Below, in pieces: positions 55,700 through 64,000 of a DNA stretch of 64,000 bases. Below the pieces are notes generated by a model. That model saw only the letters and a program-made list of their open reading frames with translations, was not told where the DNA came from and ran no database searches. Each line of letters opens with the position of its first letter. The first letter of the stretch is position 1. Made by a program: the position numbers and the translations under genes. Origin of the DNA: the human T2T-CHM13v2.0 reference genome, Homo sapiens; assembly GCF_009914755.1 (NCBI RefSeq), contig NC_060928.1; one strand, given 5' to 3'.

Positions 55700-57282
55700 G
55701 AATTAACTCAAGATGGATTAAAGATTTAAATGTAAAACCTCAGACTGAAAATTTTAGAAAAATAAAACAGGAAATACCAATCTGAACAATCAGACTTGAG
55801 AAAAAAATTCTGACTGAGTCCTCAAAAGCAATTGCAACAAAAACAAAAAATGACAAGTGAGACCTAATTAAACTAAAGGGCTTCTGAACATCAAAAGAAA
55901 CTACCAACAGAGTAAATAGACAACCTACAGAATGGGAGAAAATAGTTGCAAACTGTGCAGCTCACAATGGTCTATATTCAGAATCTATAAGGAATTTAAA
56001 CAACTCAACAAGTAAAAAAAACAAATAACCTTATTAAAAAGTGGGCAAAAGAATAGATACTTCTCAAAAGAAGACATACAAGTAGCCAACAAACACATGA
56101 AAAAATGCTCAACATCGTTAGTCATCAGAGAACTGCAAACCAAAACCACAATGAGATACCTACCATCTCATGCCACTCAAAATGGCTATTATTAAAAAGT
56201 CAGAAAACAACAGATGTTGGTGAGGCTGCAAGGAAAGGGAAATGCTTATACACTGTTGGTGAAAATGTAAATTAGCTCAGCCACTGTGAAAAGCAGTTTG
56301 GAGATTATTCAAAGAACTAAAAAGAGAACATTTGACCCAGCAATCCCATTACTGGATATATATATCCAAAAAAAAATAAATCATGTGATATATATATATA
56401 TATAATGGAATACCACTTAGCCATAAAAAGGAATGAAATAATGGTATTTGCAGCAATCTGGATAGAGCTGGAGACCATTATTCTATATGAAGTAACTCAG
56501 GAATGGAAAACCAAAGATCATATGTTCTCACTTATAAGTGAGACCTAAGCTATGAGGACACAAAGGCATAAGAATGATACAGTGGACTTTGGGGACTCAA
56601 GGGGAAGTGCAGGAGGTGGGTGAAGGATAAAAGACTACACATTGGGTAGAGTGTACACTGCTTGGGTGATGGGTGCACCAAAATCTTCGAAATCACCACT
56701 AAAGAACTCATCCATGTAACCAAACACCACCTGTTCCCCAAAAACTATTGAAATTTAAAAAAAAATAAATCATTCTAACAAAAAGACACATGCATACACT
56801 CATATGTTTATCACCATACTGTTCACAATAGCAAAGACATGGAATCAATCCAGATGCCCATCAACAGTGGATTGGATAAAGAAAATACAGTCTATATACA
56901 CTATGGAATACTACTCAGCCATAAAAGGAAATGAAATAATGTCTTTTGCAGCAAGTTAGATGGAGCTGGAAGCCATTATCCTCAGTGAACTAATGCAGGA
57001 ACAGAAAACCAAATATCATGTCTCACTTATAAGTGGGAGCTAAACTTTGGGTACTTACGGACACAAAGATGGGAACAATAGACACTGGGGACTACTAAAG
57101 GGGAAAGGGAGGAAGAGGGGCAAGTGTTGAAAAACTAACAATTGGGTACTACACTCACTACCTGGGTGATGGAATCAATCATACCCCAAAACTCAGAATC
57201 ACAAAATATACCCAGGCAACAAACCTGCACATGTAGCCCCGACTCTAAAATTAAAAAGTTGAAATTGAAATTTTTTAAAAAA
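55700..57282 (+). mobile_element. L1PA13-16-type 3' 1.2 kb with a nested L1PB1-like 3' end (56385-56757)
   Basis: ORF2 3' motifs AACTCAAGATGGATTAAAGA and GACAACCTACAGAATGGGAG; nested copy flanked by TSD AAAAAAAATAAATCAT (ending at 56384 and 56773). Confidence 0.88.
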
Positions 57283-57393
57283 CGGAAGCTGCATGAAAAG
57301 AAACAGGAAGCAGGAACCAAACAACAAGACATAAGAGGTTACTCAGATCTCCAAGAGGCAACGCAAGGGGGATCCACCCTTTCTCTGTTTCCC

Positions 57394-57397
<4 letters not shown>

Positions 57398-57473
<76 letters not shown>

Positions 57474-57545
57474 TACACATATATAGATGTATATATGTAT
57501 ATATACTATATATACACACATATAATATGTGCATGTGCAGGTGTG
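57398..57545. repeat. Compound microsatellite (CT)n(AT)n(AC)n
   Basis: Read directly from the sequence. Confidence 0.97.
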
Positions 57546-58048
57546 TCTATCTATCTTTGTCTCTTTTTTCCTTTCTGAGGGGAGCGAGGGTATATTCAAG
57601 GTTGTCTCCTTTAGGATAAATTTATAAATACGGAATTACTGGGTTAAAGGTTAGCCACACATTTAAGGTAAAAATGATTTTTAGTAATTTATATTTCTTT
57701 TTATTCAGTAGGAATTTGAAAGAATAAAACATTCCTTGTCCTTACAAATAGTTGTCTTCAATTACAAGTTCCAGCACCTTCTGGTTGAAAGTCATCTCTC
57801 TTCTACTCTAAAACTGTACATATCATGAGTGCTTAATCAATGAATATTGAAATAAATTCCTAGCACTCCTAGTCCTGAAAACTAGCCATTTTTCTATGGG
57901 CATATTCCCCCTATCTCCAAGAACACTGCAATATGTCTTAATTTTTCGGGATCAGTTCCTTCATCCTCTGATTTACAAATATCTTGAGTCTTCAAAATTG
58001 TGTTGGGTATTTTGAATCTTGGTTCTGTGAATTTTCCAATTCTGTTGA

Positions 58049-58369
<321 letters not shown>

Positions 58370-58671
58370 AATGTCCTGTTTTTTTAAAGGATTTTGACAC
58401 ACATACTCCTGATTAGCATAGTAAACTCAAAATAATTACTAAATCTTTCTGAAATTCAAGCAAGATATTGCTTGTGCTTAGTTTTTAATAATGCAAAATT
58501 GTTTTGAGCCAGTACTCCTTTTTTAAACTAATTTGATTCTCCTCTTTAATATGCTACATTAAAAATCTAGCCAATATCAAAATTAGCCATATAGCTGATA
58601 AAAGAAAATAATAATAATTAGAATCATAATTTCAGAATTTGTCTAGAAGGCTTTTTCTCTCTTTTCTTTTT

Positions 58672-59662
58672 CCAGATTTATTAAGGTATAATTGAAAAAT
58701 GAAAATTGTACATATTTACAGTGTACAATGTGACGTTCTGACATACGTGTACATTGTAAAATGTTTAAATCAAGCTAACTAACATACGCATCAACTCACA
58801 TACTTATTTTTTGCACTGAGAACATTTTAGAGCTATTCTCTTAGCAATTTTCAAGTATACAAGACAGTATTATTAAGTATAGTCACCATGCTGTACAATA
58901 GATCTCCAGAACTTATTCATCCTGTCTACCTGAAACTTTGTAACACTTCACCAATATCTCCTTATCTCCCACTCCAAGTCCTGGCAACCACCATTCTGCT
59001 GGCAGCTTCTATGAGTTGGACATTTTAGATTCCACATATGTGAGATCACGCAGTATTTGTCTTTCTGTGCCTGGCTTGTTTCATTTAGTATAATGTCCTC
59101 CAGTTCATCCATGGTGTCACAATGACAGGACATCCTTTGTTTTTAAGGCTGAATAGTATTCCAGCGTGTATTTATACCTCATTTCCTTTATCCATTCATC
59201 CATCAATGGACACTTAGGTTGTTTCCATGTCTTTCCATTGTGAATAATACTGCAATGAACACAGGAGTGCAGATATCTCATCAACATACTAATTTCATTT
59301 CCTTTGAATATATATTCAGTAGTGAAATTGCTGGGTCATATGGTAGTTTTATTTTTAATTTTTTGAGGAACCTCAATGCTCTTTTCCATAGAGGCTATAC
59401 TAATTTACATTCCCACTGACAGTATACAAGGGTTCCCTTTTCTCCACATCCTTGCCAATACTTGTTATCTTTTGTCTTTTTGATCATAGCACTTCTAACA
59501 GGTGTTAGGTGATATCTCATTATGGTTTAATTTGCATTTCCCTGATGATTAGTGATGCTGAGCATTTTTTCAAATGCCCATTGGCCATTTGTATGTCTTC
59601 TTTTGAAAAATGTCTATTCAGGTCCTTTGCCCATTTTTTAACTGAGCTATTGGTTCTCTTGC
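58672..59662 (-). mobile_element. L1MA-type 3' 1 kb
   Basis: TTTATTAAGGTATAATTGA..AGTCACCATGCTGTACAATAGATCTCCAGAACTTATTC..TTTACATTCCCAC. Confidence 0.9.
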
Positions 59663-60097
59663 TTAACAGCCATTTTCTTTAGACCCTGTTGGCCCACATA
59701 AAAAAAAGAAATAGGCAGATCTAAGACAAAAAGTTAATCTGTAATAATCCACCAAATAGCTACTTCATGCACTCTTTATACCTTTAATTTTTTTCTATCA
59801 AAGTTATTCTCTTTCTGCAATTGGTCACTTCTAATATATTTATGGTTGGGTTAGAGTCTGACCATATAACGTTTTTAAGCGCATAGCAATGCCACCTTTA
59901 AAAAGTTATCCTACAGTTATAGTCTCACAAAAATACAGTTTATTGGGGCTTTGTTTCTAATATCAAAAGATGGGAAACTATGTAAATCTCTAACATTAGT
60001 GGGCTACTTAAATAAATCATGGAACATGAACAAAATAGAGGATCTTGCAGCCAATAAAAAAGAATGAGATCTATCTATGCATGCCAATATAAAATAA

Positions 60098-60395
<298 letters not shown>

Positions 60396-60575
60396 TCTAT
60401 GGTATATTTTAAATGAACAAAGCAAACTGCAAAACATTGTGTATAATATGCATTTTGTATGCTTAAAATATCTCTACTTGGCTACAAAAGAAAGTCATAG
60501 TTGTTGCTTCTAAGGAAGGCAGTGGGAGACATGGTTCCGACATGTAAGGAAAACTTACTGTTCATTGAACTTTAA

Positions 60576-60794
<219 letters not shown>

Positions 60795-61531
60795 TGAGCA
60801 TATATTAATTTTTAGTTAAACATAGACAATCAAATGGGAAGGGGGAGGGCTTTGGTTCTGTATTTCATGAAACCAGTCAAAATCACTATCACTTTTGGCT
60901 AATGGTAATCAACTCAAATTGCAAATTAGCAATTAATTTATCTCTGAATCTATCGGCAGGATTTCAACATCTCACCAAATCTTACTAAGAGTTTTAACCA
61001 TATGCCAAACAGTTATTTCCTCGGTCATTCATTCATTGCACCATTCAATTCATACTAACCGTGGGCATGCACAATGCCAGATGCCATGCTGGGACACAGG
61101 AACACAGCAGTGAGCAAGAAAAGGAATTCGTTGTTACCTCTTTGAGCTTAGAGTCTAGCAGGAAAGACCAACCTTCCTACTAAGTAACTGGAGAAATGTT
61201 GAAGAGCATTGTAAGAGTACTTGAAGGGATGCTTACACAATCTATGTATTGGAAAGACCTCTGAGGAAAGGACATTTAGCTGATACCTCTAGTTAACCAG
61301 GTGACTGGTGAGAGAGCATGTTCTAAGAAGAGATGGGCAGATGGTGCCACCTCAAGGGTAAAACAGAGCTCTACCTCGCAGATTGAAAGCTGTCAGGACC
61401 AATGGAGCCTCAAGTTCAGATAAATGAATGGGGATACCACCAGGGAGCAGATCCTAGGGGACTTGAGCAAGGTTGAGGACCCTGGACCTCACTTTAATGA
61501 CAGGAAGAACCACAGCAGGATTTTAAGCAGG

Positions 61532-61982
61532 TGTGTTAATCTCCTAGGGCCACTGTAACAAATTAACCACAAACCAAGTGGCTTAATACAACAGAAAAGC
61601 ATTTTCTAATAGTCCTGAGGGCCAGAAGTCTGAAACAAAGGTATGGTGAGGGCCGTGCTCCCTCTGAAAGCTCGAGAGGAGAATCCCTCCTAGCCTCTTC
61701 CTAGCTTCTGCTGGCTGTCAGCAATCTTTGGTGTTCCTTGACTTATAGACACATCACTCCAAACCCTCCCTCTGTCATCAGATGGCCTTCTCTCTGTAGG
61801 TATCTCTGTCCAAATCTCTCTCTTGTAAAACCACCAGTCACAGTGAATTTCAGAGCCACCATGATCCACTATGACTTTATTATTAAGTTGATTACATCCA
61901 AAAAGACCCTATTTCCAAAAAGTCATATTCCCAGGTTCCACATGGAAGTGAATTTTGGAGGGACCCAATTTAACCCAGTACA
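61532..61982 (-). mobile_element. MaLR solo LTR (MLT1B/C-like) inside L2
   Basis: CTCCTAGGGCCACTGTAACAAATT.ACCACAAAC..GGCTTAA.ACAACAGAAA..AAGACCCTATTTCCAAA. Confidence 0.85.
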
Positions 61983-63357
61983 GCGAGGACACAATATAAT
62001 CTGATTTGCATTTTATAAAAACTATTCCAAGGATAAAGAGGGAAAAGATAGGGAGGGAGCGAGACTGCAAAGATAAAGATTAACTTCATATACATCTTTA
62101 TTATTTTTGAATTAGGAGATTCATTTTGAGGCCCGAGCTACATACACATCAGACGTTGAGCTAAGAGCTGTTTCCATGATATCTCATTCTGTCCTCAAAC
62201 TGCCCTGTGAAGATAGTCAGAGATGTGACTTTACCTGTCCATGGTCACACAGCAGTGCCTCAAACCCAGATCTGGTGGGCTCTAGAGCCTGTATGGTTTC
62301 CATCCTCCCAGGCTGAAAACTAAACACATTCTCAAGGCAATGAGACTCCTTTGACATAGATTTCCAGGAGATGGAAAATACTGTACACTGGCATGGTTTT
62401 AAGCACACTTCAAATTCTTTATGCAAAGCCAGGGCAAAAGGTGAATAGTTAACATATCCTAAAGAGCAGTCATGTTGTAATGCAAAGGAATCTGAGGGTT
62501 CCAATCACACTGTACCATGTCCAGTGATTCAACACTAGGTCAGAAATATTCTTTTTAAAAAGAGACCTATGTAAAATCCGTGCTTCACAAACACAAGCCC
62601 ATATTAAAAGAAGCCTGCTTTTTATAAAATGAAGAAACTTGAAGCTATCATCTGAAAAACTCAGATACAGAAATGAATACAGAGGAAAAAAGAGGTAATT
62701 GGTGGGAATTATTTGGACTGATAGCTGATATTGATCAGAAACAGACTGTGGGTCTTCTCCCTCTTTCCTGCTTTACCTCCATAGTCCACAATTGTAAAGG
62801 TGGGTTGAAATTTTAAGAAACAACAATGAAGACCAAGGTTATTCTCTCTTGTGCTCAGTAGTTTTTAAGGGGTCAAATGAGTATTGTGGGTGTAGGTTAC
62901 AGCTTCTGTCACTTATCACAATTTTGTCATCTCAAGGTCTGAACAAGGGAGCACCCAACTCTCAATTTCCTCTTTTTTGTTCCATGGCTTTTTCCTGCAA
63001 TATTAAAACAGAAATGAAAGAAGGAAGAAAGGAGGGAAGGAAGGAAGGAATGGAGGAAGAGAGGAAGAAAGAGAGGAAAGGATGAAGGAGAGAATGAAAC
63101 TTGAAAAAAGTACATGTGAATCCAAAAAGGGAGGAGAAAACAACGATTATTCTGATATGTATTACTAGTTTAAAAATGGAACTGTAAATCAGGTTATAAT
63201 TTATAAACTGGTTCCTAAAAATAAAGAATAAAATATGTTCAAAAGCAATTAATAAGCAATTTTTATCTAGGAAGTGGGTGATTTTTGCACAAGGGGGAGA
63301 GAAATGCTCCAGGCTTTGCCTCATCTCCTAGAAGCATCCCATATTCTTAGATGTGAC

Positions 63358-63371
63358 GTTGCCTTGGTAAC
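63358..63371. promoter_or_regulatory. Candidate RFX X-box
   Basis: GTTGCCTTGGTAAC, a 14-bp match to GTYNCCNNGGNAAC in unique sequence; overlaps a TGACG half-CRE. Confidence 0.45.
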
Positions 63372-64000
63372 CACAACTTGGTGACCTCGTTATTTCAACC
63401 TAATCCTGCTTTGAAATTATAGTTGCTCCACCCTTTTGCCTGGCCAGCCTGATAACATAATCATTGTAAATGAGGATGAGAAAAAAACAGCAGGATATAG
63501 TCCCTCCGGTGACACAAGACCAGTCTCACCTTATCATGGAAATAGACGAACAATTAAACGGCATGAATCTAAAACCCTAAAAGTGGATTTTCTTATTTTT
63601 ATATGGCTTCTTATGCTTATTTTCAAAACCTACTGGTGGATTCAATGTAGCAGGGTATCTTGATATTACTATATGAAAATGGAAAATTCCTATTTCTGTT
63701 AAAAAAAAAAGAGATAAACTGTCAAAGGTGAAGTTCTTAATTATGCATGTGTTTTGCCCAACAGCTGAATAGAAACCAGAATCAGAAAATAATTTTTTAA
63801 CAAGTAGACTGGCAGTATCCAGGTTTGTTTGTCCAGCTTAACTTCCTCTGGCTAAAGCCTCACAGATCAGTTGTCATCTTGAATTCAGGTTCCTTTCATA
63901 ACAAAAGAATCAGGAGATGACATTGCTTACATTCTGAATGCATCAAGTCGAACTATACTGTAGTTTAAAGGAAATATATTTACTCATTTGTTTCAATTTG

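Overview
Repeat-rich, non-coding primate DNA, most likely human, with AluJ/S/Y, L1PA/PB/M, L2, MIR, L3/CR1, MaLR/ERV solo LTRs and hAT/TcMar MER elements. I found no protein-coding exon, RNA gene, CpG island or CRISPR array that I can support, and I cannot name the locus. The ORFs in the track that resemble real proteins are L1 ORF1/ORF2 debris; the rest are Alu- or microsatellite-derived or look like chance ORFs. Subfamily names come from remembered consensus sequences and boundaries of old repeats are approximate. The structure that ordinary repeat annotation does not explain is a set of three short local templated duplications (about 105, 140 and 215 bp, copied 0.6-2.2 kb). One of them has a multi-step template-switch junction that made a 30-bp near-perfect hairpin at 10328-10399. 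Other points of interest are a five-level nested transposon stack (48.8-55.1 kb), two twin-primed 5'-inverted L1s, a tail-less AluY, a trimeric Alu, a readable CR1/L3 reverse-transcriptase fossil, and candidate regulatory motifs (triple D-box, OCT+ETS+CRE module, CTCF, RFX X-box). I do not see evidence for a new gene system.
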